From assembly GCA_012295275.1 (NCBI GenBank), contig CM022678.1, positions 12,896,001-12,960,000 on the forward strand: 64,000 bases of DNA. The letters are read 5' to 3'. Below are positions 14,201 to 64,000 of this stretch, in pieces. The DNA comes from Chrysomallon squamiferum. Taxonomy: Eukaryota; Animalia; Mollusca. Position numbers and translations under genes: made by a program. Below the pieces are notes generated by a model. The model made no database searches, had not been told where the DNA came from, and saw only the letters and a program-made list of their open reading frames with translations. Positions within the stretch are counted from its first letter, which is position 1; every line of letters begins with the position of its first letter.

Positions 14201-16018
14201 TTTATACTTCCAATCAATTATTTTATAGTTATACTCAGTTATTATCAAAAACTCATAACCAGCTATAAATAATAATAATAAAAAAACTAACTCGAATGTA
14301 TAAAACATACATTTAGGCTGTTTAGATGATTAAAGGGGAAAGGTCAAAAGATTACTGGCAAAGGAGATATTGATATAAATAAATTAGTTTATTTTAAAAA
14401 TGAGGATATTAAAATTGTATACCTCAGACTCAGAATCATCAGAGTATTTTTTAAGTTTCTGTTTCCTTTCTTTTATTCTCCTCTCTTCCTCCGAATCAGA
14501 ATACTACACAGAAATACACAGCATGCAACAGTGAAAGAAAAAACAACCACCTTTAGTCACTTGTCTCAGTCAAGAAAGATAACTCTGATGTAATCAGTAG
14601 AGTTATCTTACCTTAATAATAATAATAATTTGTTTTTTAATTTAAATAACTTCTTAATGTGAATAAAGATTTCATTCAATATTTCCTAAATCATTAAAAA
14701 AAAAAAAAAAAAGAAAAAAAAAAAATGAAATTATTAAAAAAATTAGGACTGTTGATTAAATTTTCTATATATAAAAAAAATTATAAATAAATTTCTTTCC
14801 ATTTGTGTTTCTTTATGAAATGAAAAGAAAAACAATTAAGTTGCTTTAGGATTATGAATTTCTAAGATTTTCTGGAACAGGTGACCTGAAACTATACAGA
14901 CATTCTTATTATTTTATAAGCAAACTCAAAAATAATAAAAAAAACTTCATGCTGCAAACTCATTACCTAAAGGTAATTATAATTTCTACATTTAAGTATG
15001 GAAGTGCATAAAAAGTTATTCAATTAATTTTAAAATAATTACAAAAAATAAATACTTTTCAAAATCTGAGTTAGGTAATTCGTTTAAGAACATCAAATTA
15101 TCTTCATGCACATTATGAAGTATAATAAAAATGAACAATGTAGATTAAGAAACAAAATCACATGCATGGGTTAATAAATAAAATATACTGAATTTAAAAA
15201 TATGAAGAATATTATAATTGTATATAGAGACACAGAGAAGAAGAAACAAAATGAAGAAATCATGCACTATTGAAGAGACGTTAAAAAAAAAGACAACCCC
15301 CCCCACAACAACAACTAAACCACTGTTAGGCTTACAGTAAGTTGAGTATCAATAACGTCAAACACACATCCATGAATGGTTAGTTTAGTTCAATTTGTTC
15401 AATTGTGTTTATTTTTATTATTTTTAATATTTTTAAAAAAAACATTTGTTTTTGTATTATTAGTTTTATTATTAGTTTTTATTTCTGCAAATTCTATTTT
15501 TCCTCATTGTCATTGATATTATTTAACGCATAAAATAAATTAAATAAATAAATAATAAAAAAAATGTACTAACTTTTAATCTTTGAGTATGTTATAGCAA
15601 CTGTTTAACTTTTTTTTTATCTTTTGGTGCCTCCGCACTTTAATATGCTTGTCAATCTTTATCATACATATGCAAATCAGAATTGATCAATTTTTATATG
15701 AAAATAATATTATCATCACTGATATGTTAAAATAAACCTTTTTCTACTTCTAGAACAAATTCAACATCATTTTGAAGATGACACAGAAAAATAACAGAAG
15801 GATCAAAACAATTTCTAAAAACTTCCAAAGTAAATTTAAAATGTGAAATTCGGTATATGGTTTGTAATTTTTAAACCTCTATACAGTTATTTGATCTTTA
15901 GATTTATTTTACTTCAATTATAAACATAAAATAAACAATAAAATGAAATTAATAAAAATATATTACAAGAAACAAAAATATCACATTTAAAAATCTTATT
16001 GCTGTAACAACTATTTCA

Positions 16019-16076
<58 letters not shown>

Positions 16077-19000
16077 AAACACACACAAAATATATTAACT
16101 AAGTTATATTCAACCGTCTCTTATAACATAACCATAATTGTTTACATTTAATAATCATTATTATCTTTTCATGATAAGTCCAAGATAAGTCATGTTTTTA
16201 GCAAGCCAGTAAACATTTGAATTTTTTTTTTTTAAATTAGTGAAAAATACCTCAGTCTTCTCTTCTTCACTCTCACTTATACTTCCATGATCTGACTCCT
16301 CCTCTCCTGTAATGTCAGATTAAAAAACATTATAAAATAACTGTATTTGATATTTATTAGTTTTTAAAAAGTCACACTTCAATTTCTAATTAATTTATTA
16401 AAACATGTCTGAGACACTGTATCCTGTGAACAATCAAAAAGACAAAATTTAATTTCCATAAACTGGCTACTTGTGTAATTATTAAAAACTGTTACATATC
16501 TTTTAGAAAATTATATGTAAAAATTACTTAAATATGCAAAAATTAAGTCTTAGAACTGACAAATAAGAATGTGAATATTTTTGAAAAGGAAAACAATTTA
16601 TTGTACTTCTTAGTTAACTTTTTTATTTATTTATGTGGTAACAGCTTCATTTTTTTGAATTTTCAATAAACAATTCAGAATTATAAATTTATTTTTTTAT
16701 TGGTCCTTTGATCTTTGTGTCTGTATTTGCAGTAAATCATTTATTAGATATATAATACTTTTTTGTAAATAATAATTTTTTAATTTCTATTGTATTAACA
16801 TGATTTTAGAGTAGTTAAATTTATACAAATTTCTACAAATTTGTCACAAGGTTTGTGGTTTCTGAACCTTCAATAGATTTTCTCAGGATATCATATAATA
16901 CAAAATTTAAACATTGTTTGAAACTGCATTACACACCTATACTAAGAACTACTAAAATCAAATCAAAAACATTTTTTACAGCATACTGCATGCCACCATA
17001 ACATTAAATACAATAATTTGTTTAATATCAAACTGAAAACAGTATACCTCCATAAAAATACAACTTACAGTACAATAATTCGTTTAATATCAAACTGAAA
17101 ACAGTATACCTCCATAAAAATACAGCTAACAGTACACTAATTTGATTAATATCAAACGGAAAACAGTATACCTCCATAAGAATACAACTTACAGTACACT
17201 AATTTGATTAATATCAAACTGAAAACAGTATACCTCCATAAAAATACAACTTACAGTACACTAATTTGATTAATATCAAACTGAAAACAGTATACCTCCA
17301 TAAAAATACAGCTAACAGTACACTAATTTGTTTAATATCAAACTGAAAACAGTATACCTCCATAAAAATACAACTTACAGTACACTAATTTGATTAATAT
17401 CAAACTGAAAACAGTATACCTCCATAAAAATACAGCTAACAGTACACTAATTTGTTTAATATCAAACTGAAAACAGTATACCTCCATAAAAATACAACTT
17501 ACAGTACACTAATTTGTTTAATATCAAACTGAAAATAGTATACCACCATAAGAATACAACTTACAGTACACTAATTTGTTTAATATCGAACTGCAGTTGT
17601 TTTTGAAATTACAGATGTGTGGAAACGAGAAGAAAACTTTATCTCCCATGCTGCATTGCTGAGATTTATTGTTATTTTACATAATTTAAATATGATTACA
17701 GAACTGCTCTTTGTTATGCTTTCTGAAACATCAATTAATGTGTCAATAATTAAAAACATTCTGTTTAATTATGTTGCTAACATCTTTTTTTTAAATGAAT
17801 GTTAATTATTTATGCAATATGTCTTAAATATATGGGATAAAAACGTAAAATCTGAATGACTTAATGACCTGTAAATAATCAGAACTGTCAAATCCAGGTA
17901 GAAAAAAGATAATACCTGACACGTCGTCCATGAGCCCCACATTGTCATCCTCCCAAAATGCTGGTGTGCCAATCAAACAAGGCAGGGATCTGTTAATATA
18001 CGGATCCTGCGAAAATAATAACAATAACAATAACAAACAAAATAACAACAACTACCATCATCACAACCAAAAAAACAACAACAATAACAATAACATTAGA
18101 ACCTCTTTAATGAATTTTGGTGCTAACACAAAATGAAAATCTAACAAGGAAAAAATACTAACGAAATAAAGTGATATGCAAAAAAAAAAAAAAAAAAAAA
18201 AAAAACATAATAATAATAATAATAAATAAATAAATAAAATTATTTTGATTAAAAATAAATATTATATTTGAGAACACACTATTATAAAAAGCAAGTTAAA
18301 ATTAAGATAATCCAAAAAATTACAATTAAATAATGTGTGACTTTAAAAACTTACTTTAGCTTCAAGGATTGGATCAACTTTGTAATCTGCATCGTCTTCA
18401 TCTTCCGAGTCTGAGCTGACAACGTTGGTGTCAAGTTTTTCAAAAGCTTCATCAATGACGTTGATGCCGAGACGCAAAGCCTCGGATACTTTTGGAATGA
18501 GTTCAGCTTCTCGCTGTTCTCGCGTTTTCTCCTTTGTAAAAAAATATTTAAAAAATAAAACTATAGCAGTAGGTGTAATTATAAAATATGTACATGTCTT
18601 ACTTCTGTTAATATTCCTGCAGAAATAAAATTAATTTATAAAGACACAAAGACAGAAAAACAATTTTTGTAATCAAGTGGTTAAGTTATTGTGAGAATCT
18701 ATTTAAAAGAGAACATTTAAATGTTAAAAATCAAAGCAGTTCACTCGAAGAAATAAACAATTTAAAAAACAAAAACAATTCTAGATCTTGTAATGATAGA
18801 TATTGTAAGATTATAACTTTTATCATATTTAGCAGTGGATGAGCTCATCGTAATATCAACACTTTATCAGACTATTTACAAAAAAATAATCTGTTACTGG
18901 TTCTTAGCATTTCTGTTGTTGTCAAATTTAATGTGAAAAATTATCTCCACTTTATGAAACCAACAACTAAAAAGAATAAAAGGATTTTTTAAATCTTTTA

Positions 19001-21323
19001 CAGGTAGACATCACTTCTCTAGACACATTAGGGTGATGTGACTTAACCAAGCCATTGTCACAAACATAAAGTTAAACATCTACAATTATACATTGATATT
19101 GTGTTTCTAATAAAACAGGGCCTTTAACAAAATATTTGATATACTCATGCCATAAGTCATAAAAGTTAATGCTCATGTTAGAGATTTGAAATATGAAATT
19201 GCTGACATTAAAAGAGTTAATATCATGTTAGAGATTTAAAAAATTAAACTGCTGACATTAAAAGAATTAGTGATCATATTTGAGATTAGAAAAATGAAAC
19301 AACTGACATTAAAAGGGTTAATGATCATGTTAGAGATTTAAAAAATGAAATAGCTGACATTAAAAGGGTTAATGATCATGTTAGAGATTTGAAGAATGAA
19401 ATTGCTGACATTAAAAGAGTTAATGATCATGTTAGAGATTTGAAAAACGAAATAACTGACATTAAAAGGGTTAATGATCATGTTAGAGATTTGAAATATG
19501 AAATCACTGACATTAAAACAGTAAATGATCATGTTAGAGATCTGAAAAATGAAATAACTGAAGTTAAACCAGTTGATACCTCTTGTTCTGGCTTGTGTCC
19601 TTCATCTTTACTCTCCTGACTGATATCTTCATCATAAACTCTCTGAAAATACATTCGATACATTTTTGATATTAACAAATATTTTTATTTCTTTCCACAT
19701 GCATAGGAAAGTAACAACACAAACATATAATTCTGTCGTAATAACTAAATATTAATCATAGTTTTGTACATCTCAGATGTTCTTGATTTTCTTTTCTTAA
19801 ATACTGTAAAAAACATTTTTAAATTTCTGTAAAAGGCTTTTAAAAATGTTTAAATTATGTTATGTGGTCCTATTAAAATAAAAATAAAATTTCTAATTTA
19901 TTTCTAGTTAAACTGACATGGTTGATACTCACATTTTCCACAAACTGCGAATTAGCCAGCATGATGAAATCGTTGAAGACATTGTTCACTCTCACACTGG
20001 TCAGCTGGCAGAAAGATAAAAACACTTAAGTTTTATGTTAAAAAGAAAAAGAAAAAGATTGGTCTGTATCTGCTCATAAAATTAAGCTAATATATTTTAC
20101 ATGTATACAAGTGACACTTCATTTTAAAATTGTTTACAGTATAGATTGTCTCTTAAATACAACCAATTCTTAAATTTACCTTGGCCTCGTGTACCAGGCC
20201 ATCAACTTCCTGTTCTATCTCGTGTGTCCGTGACAACACACGCTGAGAAAACTCCTGAAGATGCTGAAGTAGCTGGAATTGGAAAAAAATCAAATAAAAA
20301 CAACATCATTATTATTTAGTTTTAAACTTATCACTGATTTAACATAATATAAGAATAACAAAAATGTTCTGTAAACCATCTCAATAAGTTAATTGTAAAT
20401 ATACAACCACACCTACATTCACATGCAAGTGTACCACACACACACACACTACACACATACACACACCCACATATCACAAACACATACTACACACACTACA
20501 CACACATGGTACATATATACACACTCACAGACACACACCCACACACACACCCACACACAGAAGATTCTAACCCCAGCATCTCCAGCTAAAGACCAATTGT
20601 TTGCTTCCTCTCTTATTTCTGTAGTGGTCCATGGCCTTTCCCATCTTCTTGGTCCATTTTCTCCAGACACTGGGGTTGGTCCATTACTCTAATAATAATA
20701 ATAATAACAATAGTTATATATTAGTAATAATGTTAATATATTAATCATTTAATGTAAGAGATAGTGTACTCAGAATTGAGAAAAAGGTTCTGAGTCACGG
20801 CAGTTTTAATAAAACAGGTACTGTAGTTAAGTTATTTACTTATTATCAAAAAGATATTTTTCTTTCAAAGCACGGAGTTATGGGTTATTCTAGCACCAAA
20901 AATTTAATGAATAGTTCACATTCACAGATTCACTCATTCAGTACACAATTTATGGTTATTCACTTATTGTCTAAAAGAAACCTTGCTTTTCAAAGAAGTA
21001 GCTTTAGGAAAGGAATATATATTTGTTTACAAAAAAGTATTTATTTCCGTTTGTTATTATTTCAAGTATTATTGATTCCTTCATATTACTGATTATGATC
21101 ATAATGTTGACATTGATTTGAAAACCGTATTTTTGTCAAATTTATTTTGACGCTATTTAAAAGAAATACTTTGGATATGATAATGACAGTTTTATCGACA
21201 TTTAATTTTAAAGACAGAAAATATATATATATATGGTCTACATGCGTATAAATAATTTAAAACCTGCGCTGCAGCAGCATTAGAAATTCCCTCTTCTGCA
21301 GTGGGAGGTGCAGGAGGCGCCAT
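299..21323 (-). CDS. WASHC2: WASH complex subunit 2 (FAM21), 5' portion, 21 coding exons traced; gene continues beyond the left edge
   Basis: Spliced translation gives the FAM21 head ([74 protein letters not shown]), followed by many LF-[DE]n-LF (LFa) retromer-binding motifs. All junctions are GT-AG with matching phases. Confidence 0.96.
437..838. repeat. 36-bp minisatellite, about 11 near-identical copies
   Basis: Unit tcacataggacttaaacaataacaccagtgagaaag. Confidence 0.97.
1197..1305 (-). CDS. WASHC2: WASHC2 exon 20 ([25 protein letters not shown]...ETK)
   Basis: tttcag|..|gtaaac; phase 2 start matches exon 19; LFa motif. Confidence 0.92.
1665..2535. repeat. Compound minisatellite of 30/34/42-bp related units
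   Basis: aataactgtctgaattgtactatcactactttaa and variants, interleaved. Confidence 0.95.
3530..3650. repeat. About 31-bp tandem repeat x4
   Basis: aaataacagttgaatgaacaagtaaa(t/a)agtg. Confidence 0.85.
5677..5858 (-). CDS. WASHC2: WASHC2 exon 19 (EEKQEVTD...[18 protein letters not shown])
   Basis: tttcag|..AG|gtgagt; LFa motif. Confidence 0.92.
6475..7165. repeat. 75-bp minisatellite, about 9 copies
   Basis: Unit actagactggttccaagtcagttttctctgtaattacttctctaacatactaacactgtgttacagatgtgaaat. Confidence 0.96.
7212..7301 (-). CDS. WASHC2: WASHC2 exon 18 ([30 protein letters not shown])
   Basis: cag|..|gtaaga; PAGAVSxF motif. Confidence 0.93.
7943..8115 (-). CDS. WASHC2: WASHC2 exon 17 (ERTASQVS...[17 protein letters not shown]...PEKK)
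   Basis: cag|..|gtaaat; LFa motif. Confidence 0.93.
8912..9088 (-). CDS. WASHC2: WASHC2 exon 16 (GGDDELFSG...[15 protein letters not shown]...PSK)
   Basis: cag|..G|gttagt; LFa motif. Confidence 0.93.
9097..9490. repeat. 23-bp minisatellite, 17 copies, CAGGTAAG core
   Basis: Unit aaacaaagtaatttcaggtaagt. Confidence 0.96.
9611..9673 (-). CDS. WASHC2: WASHC2 exon 15 ([21 protein letters not shown])
   Basis: poly-T cag|..G|gtttgt; KxPxGxVSxF motif. Confidence 0.9.
9898..10003 (-). CDS. WASHC2: WASHC2 exon 14 ([14 protein letters not shown]...EVK)
   Basis: cag|..G|gttttt; GLFDD. Confidence 0.87.
10453..10556 (-). CDS. WASHC2: WASHC2 exon 13 ([35 protein letters not shown])
   Basis: tag|..|gtaagt; GLFSxxKGLFDD motif. 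Confidence 0.93.
10850..10954 (-). CDS. WASHC2: WASHC2 exon 12 ([22 protein letters not shown]...NNE), basic
   Basis: cag|..G|gtgaaa; symmetric phase 1. Confidence 0.8.
11242..11359 (-). CDS. WASHC2: WASHC2 exon 11 ([21 protein letters not shown]...EKTK)
   Basis: cag|..G|gtaaca; FxxELAxxL motif typical of FAM21. Confidence 0.9.
11616..12440. repeat. 9/12-bp compound satellite built on TTCAG
   Basis: Mix of tgtgttcag, tgtattcag, ggtattcag, tagtattcag-type units. Confidence 0.95.
12718..12858 (-). CDS. WASHC2: WASHC2 exon 10 ([18 protein letters not shown]...ESEKM)
   Basis: cag|..|gtaagt; acidic, 141 nt. Confidence 0.88.
14423..14503 (-). CDS. WASHC2: WASHC2 exon 9 ([27 protein letters not shown])
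   Basis: tag|..|gtatac; 81 nt, symmetric phase 0. Confidence 0.82.
16251..16306 (-). CDS. WASHC2: WASHC2 exon 8 ([19 protein letters not shown])
   Basis: cag|..|gtattt; phase 1 to 0 consistent. Confidence 0.88.
17010..17590. repeat. 62-bp minisatellite, about 9 copies
   Basis: Unit aatatcaaactgaaaacagtatacctccataaaaatacaacttacagtacactaatttgatt. Confidence 0.96.
17916..18006 (-). CDS. WASHC2: WASHC2 exon 7 ([30 protein letters not shown])
   Basis: cag|..G|gtatta; conserved RxLPxLIG...VGL. Confidence 0.95.
18355..18531 (-). CDS. WASHC2: WASHC2 exon 6 ([22 protein letters not shown]...DPILEAK)
   Basis: aag|..|gtaagt; conserved KTREQxExxLIPK. Confidence 0.95.
19170..19566. repeat. 51-bp minisatellite, about 8 copies
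   Basis: Unit atgatcatgttagagatttgaaaaatgaaataactgacattaaaagggtta. Confidence 0.94.
19580..19642 (-). CDS. WASHC2: WASHC2 exon 5 ([21 protein letters not shown])
   Basis: ttttcag|..|gtatca; RVYDE motif. Confidence 0.93.
19933..20004 (-). CDS. WASHC2: WASHC2 exon 4 ([24 protein letters not shown])
   Basis: cag|..|gtgagt; conserved NVFNDFxMLxNxQFxEN. Confidence 0.96.
20180..20272 (-). CDS. WASHC2: WASHC2 exon 3 ([31 protein letters not shown])
   Basis: cag|..|gtaaat; FAM21 head helix. Confidence 0.96.
20572..20688 (-). CDS. WASHC2: WASHC2 exon 2 ([39 protein letters not shown])
   Basis: tag| acceptor, |gttaga donor; conserved FAM21 WERPW/WSLAxDAG. Confidence 0.95.
21264..21323 (-). CDS. WASHC2: WASHC2 exon 1 ([20 protein letters not shown])
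   Basis: AAAATGGCG start context; 20 codons; CAG|gtttta donor, phase 0 matches exon 2. Confidence 0.8.
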
Positions 21324-21480
21324 TTTGATTGAAATATGTCATGTGATCCAAAACAACTTCCTGGTCCTTTGATCAGTTCCGCGAGAGGTAATCTCGATAA
21401 TGCAGAACATAAACTAGACCGGAATATTTTTATGCCATTTCATTAAGTCGACAGTCCATTCAGCATTAACTTCCTGAGAT
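21318..21480 (-). promoter_or_regulatory. WASHC2 proximal promoter / 5' region
   Basis: YY1-like GCCATTTT at the ATG and at ~21435; ETS-like ACTTCCTG (~21356, ~21469) and CCGGAA (~21419); TCCGCGAGA; M-box-like GTCATGTGA at 21338. Confidence 0.55.
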
Positions 21481-22179
21481 GGCAAAATTAATTTCTCTTC
21501 TGAACTGTATAGTAAACAATACTAAATAATTAAATGTTCATTTAAAGTGCGTATGTTTAGTGATAAAACAAAAATATAAAAAATAATATTAACATAAAAA
21601 AGAAAGATAGAAAAAAGAAACACGACTCTAAACTAAAAACAACTAAACCTCATTAAACATTTTAATGAACCAATGTTAAGCACATTGTATTTAATTTGCT
21701 AAGAATACATTAAGTGATATTTCCGGAACAACAGAACAGGCTTGGTATAAAAAAAAAAAAAAATCATTGCGATTTAAGCATAATATATTGTCAGTATTTA
21801 TTTTATTTTATTTATTTCGGTCATGTGACTTTGAGAATGACATTAGATACATTAATAGATAATAAATCGATCAAAATATAATTGGATTAAATGGCTCCAT
21901 TTTAGATACAAATAACAAGTGCAATTCATGGATTAATTTTAAAATTTTTATTTCTTCAGTATAAAAGGTGAACGGAGAGCATTCTTCTGCATTTTCTTTA
22001 TTATTATTTTCATCCTAAGAAATTTCCCCATAATGAAGATATATTCGATTTGATCTTTGGAATTTGCGGTAAATTTTGTGTTTAACAAAATTTTCACTAA
22101 TGAATTCTGTCAAGTTCTGCCTCCTCGTGTTAGTCTCATTAGTAGCATGTTATTACTTAGCTTTAATTATCAGTTATAT

Positions 22180-22228
<49 letters not shown>

Positions 22229-22304
22229 GTAATAGTAATAATACTAAAGGAAAAAAAAAAAAAAAAAAAAAACAGATTCCACCAAAACAAGAACAAAAAA
22301 ACTA

Positions 22305-22840
22305 CAATAATACCTCGCTTAACGATCTCCCGCTTTAACGCTAAAGCTACCCTCATCTGTATTGATCAGCTGACATGCAGACGTCACATGTGCATGTGGT
22401 GTTCAGATCTCTCTCTTTTCTTCTGCTTTCATTTAGACTTAACGCTTCTGTAATTTACCCTTCCAATATGTCGAAACGAATAGATAGTATACCAGCGAAT
22501 GCGGATGATAAAAAGAAACGGAAGATAATAACTTTAGACACAAAATACGATATCTTAAATAAACCGGTAAATCCGTTAAAAACTTAGCTGCAAAATTTGT
22601 CCGTGTCAGTCAACTGTATCGCCGATTTTAAAGGATAAAGAAAAATATGTGAATGAGATTAAAAGAACTCACACCTTGCAGTCTACAACGGTACAACAAA
22701 CAGAGGTGGTCAGTTTGGAAAAACTTTTGGATAAGTGATCAGACGCAACGATTAAACATGTCTTGACTCAAGCTGTCATATGTGCTAAAGAAGTACATGC
22801 AAATTAGTCTCCCGCTTAACGATACCTCACTTAACATCGA
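22305..22840 (+). mobile_element. Degenerate Tigger/pogo DNA transposon fragment
   Basis: TA|CAATAATACCTCGCTTAACG terminus with repeated CGCTTAACG motifs; frameshifted CENP-B-type HTH coding remnant (KKRKIITLDTKYDIL..GKSVKNLAAKF..STVSPILKDKEKY). Confidence 0.7.
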
Positions 22841-23463
22841 TATATTACTTTAATGAAATGTGCGCACACATATATAGACAAGCTCACAATCATACTCATT
22901 CTATAAGCTTTACAAAAATTATAAAATTAATTATAGTCAGATTATAAATAGTCAATTGATTATTAACTCATCAATACCCTTTAAAATTAATTTAAAATTA
23001 ACTAGACACTTTTCTCTTATCAGTAGGCCAGTTATTACTTCAAAATGATAATTTTATTTTGTCAAGTTTAGTTTATTTGGTGGTCTGTGAAACACCGCTG
23101 TACTTAATCGAAAATTAAATAAATAAATATTATTTCATTTCTTTTTTAATTAGTTAAGTACTGAGATCTTGGATTTATCGTCCAGACATTAATTTCTATT
23201 TCAGCGGTACCTTGACTTACGAGTGGCCCAACTAACGAACGGATTAATGGTATTTCTGTCAATTTAACTGCAATAGTTACGTTATAGAACTTTTTTTTTT
23301 TAACACATTTATTTATTATTATTTTAGTTTTATTTATTTCTCTTATGAGTTATGAGGTCTTGTAATTTACAGTTACGAAAGTTATCACTAAACACACTAA
23401 ATCAGTGAATTATTGTTCGCAAAGAAGAAATAAAACTATAATAATAGATCGGAAATGATTTTT

Positions 23464-23481
23464 TTCAAATTTGGCGGGAAA
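23464..23481 (-). promoter_or_regulatory. E2F + CHR composite (DREAM-type) element
   Basis: Minus strand reads TTTCCCGC-CAAA-TTTGAA (E2F site, 4-nt spacer, CHR). Confidence 0.5.
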
Positions 23482-23793
23482 GGTTATACAACATTAATGC
23501 TTGGCTTGAAGAACTGAGCTGTCCGCAAACACTTCATTTGACATTATTTGGTTTCAACACATTGCTTTCCTTTTCGTTCTGTTTCAAAAATTTGTTTATT
23601 ACAAAACATTATTTTAATAGTAATTAACAACAACAACAGCAAACTCTTTAAAAATTATTTAAATATATAAACATAAAATATATAAAAAAAAATAATTTTC
23701 AGCTGGTAACATCCTTTACAATAAAACAATAGCAAAACACGTTATTTTAATTTTTTCACTAAAAAAAACAACAAAAAAAACCCTCTCTCTGTC

Positions 23794-23829
<36 letters not shown>

Positions 23830-24249
23830 ATAAAGTAAATAAATAAATAAATATAAAAAAAAAAAAAAAAAAAATTACAAAACTAAGAATTAAAATTAAA
23901 AAATAATTTATAGTAACAGAGATCAGTTTTAACCATGATTTATATTTTTATCAATTATAATTATTATAGCACTCTTTTTATGTTAATTAAAATTATTTCT
24001 TTTATTAAATATAATAATAAATGTAATATTTGCAAACGTATGTGTCCTTTGATATATAATATATGTATATAATTAGGAACAGGATAAGTAACTGCACAAT
24101 CTGTATATCAAAAACGATTCATCCTCAAAAATTCTTTCCATAAAATAATCCCATGCATTTTGTAGTTTTTAGTCCCTTGAGCTGCAGTGCCTTCTTTTTT
24201 GGTATTATTCTGAATAATTTAATTACTGTTAGAGTAGTTGCCCTTTTAT

Positions 24250-24290
24250 CAAAAGACGGAAGTAACCGCTTATTGGAAAATGGCGAGATG
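24250..24290 (+). promoter_or_regulatory. Candidate OXR1 distal promoter
   Basis: ACGGAAGT (ETS), ATTGG (reverse CCAAT) and AAAATGGCG (YY1) within about 35 bp. Confidence 0.45.
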
Positions 24291-24499
24291 TTGGGATCTG
24301 ATAATACGTCAATATTTTCGTCCATGAACAGAAATGACTTTAATATTTCGTGTTTGCATTTTATGCATTGACAGTTCAAACGATTATCTTTATAGCAGAT
24401 ACGCGCAACTTAATGTCCAAATGAATGACATGGCTGTGCCTAATGCAAAAGTATTGAATTTCTATGTAAACAGTGTAAACACAGCTTGAAAAACCTAAA

Positions 24500-63809
<39,310 letters not shown>

Positions 63810-64000
63810 GTGAGCACTCTCCTCATCCTCCTACTCCTTCTTCTTCTTCATCTTCTTTATGTGAATATTTATCTTCATGTTTACCTTTTTTCTGAATTAG
63901 AAACTCATGTACCTCTCAGAGAGGGAGAGAGAGAATGAATTTAACTTCATAAGAGTATATAAAATAAACAAAATTATGAAAGTTTATCTCTTAAAAGTTA

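Noticed and set aside
18529-18534. AAG/GAG tandem acceptor at WASHC2 exon 6
   Set aside because: GAG is a rarely used acceptor; at most a 1-residue effect.
19338-19619. Coiled-coil-looking ORF ([17 protein letters not shown])n
   Set aside because: Translation of a 51-bp intronic minisatellite antisense to WASHC2; the frame breaks in the outer copies.

Overview
AT-rich, microsatellite-laden eukaryotic (metazoan, probably mollusc-like; the taxon is my inference) genomic DNA with two intron-rich genes arranged head-to-head. Minus strand: the 5' part of WASHC2/FAM21 (WASH complex subunit 2). I traced 21 phase-consistent GT-AG coding exons from ATG 21323 to 299, and the gene runs off the left edge. 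Plus strand: an OXR1/NCOA7 (Drosophila mustard)-family LysM-GRAM-TLDc gene with up to four candidate alternative first exons. It runs off the right edge at the start of the TLDc domain. Introns hold many unrelated minisatellites, a Tc1/mariner deletion derivative and a Tigger/pogo remnant. The most interesting signals concern splicing: (i) a minisatellite that copies an OXR1 splice donor into an in-frame ladder encoding poly-His repeats; (ii) an intronic array of 17 U1-snRNA-5'-end-like motifs; (iii) an antisense TACTAAC-AG array; (iv) a candidate 6-nt microexon; (v) an ACTAAY cluster upstream of a tandem acceptor. No CRISPR, rRNA or tRNA was seen. All exon models are read by eye and need transcript support.
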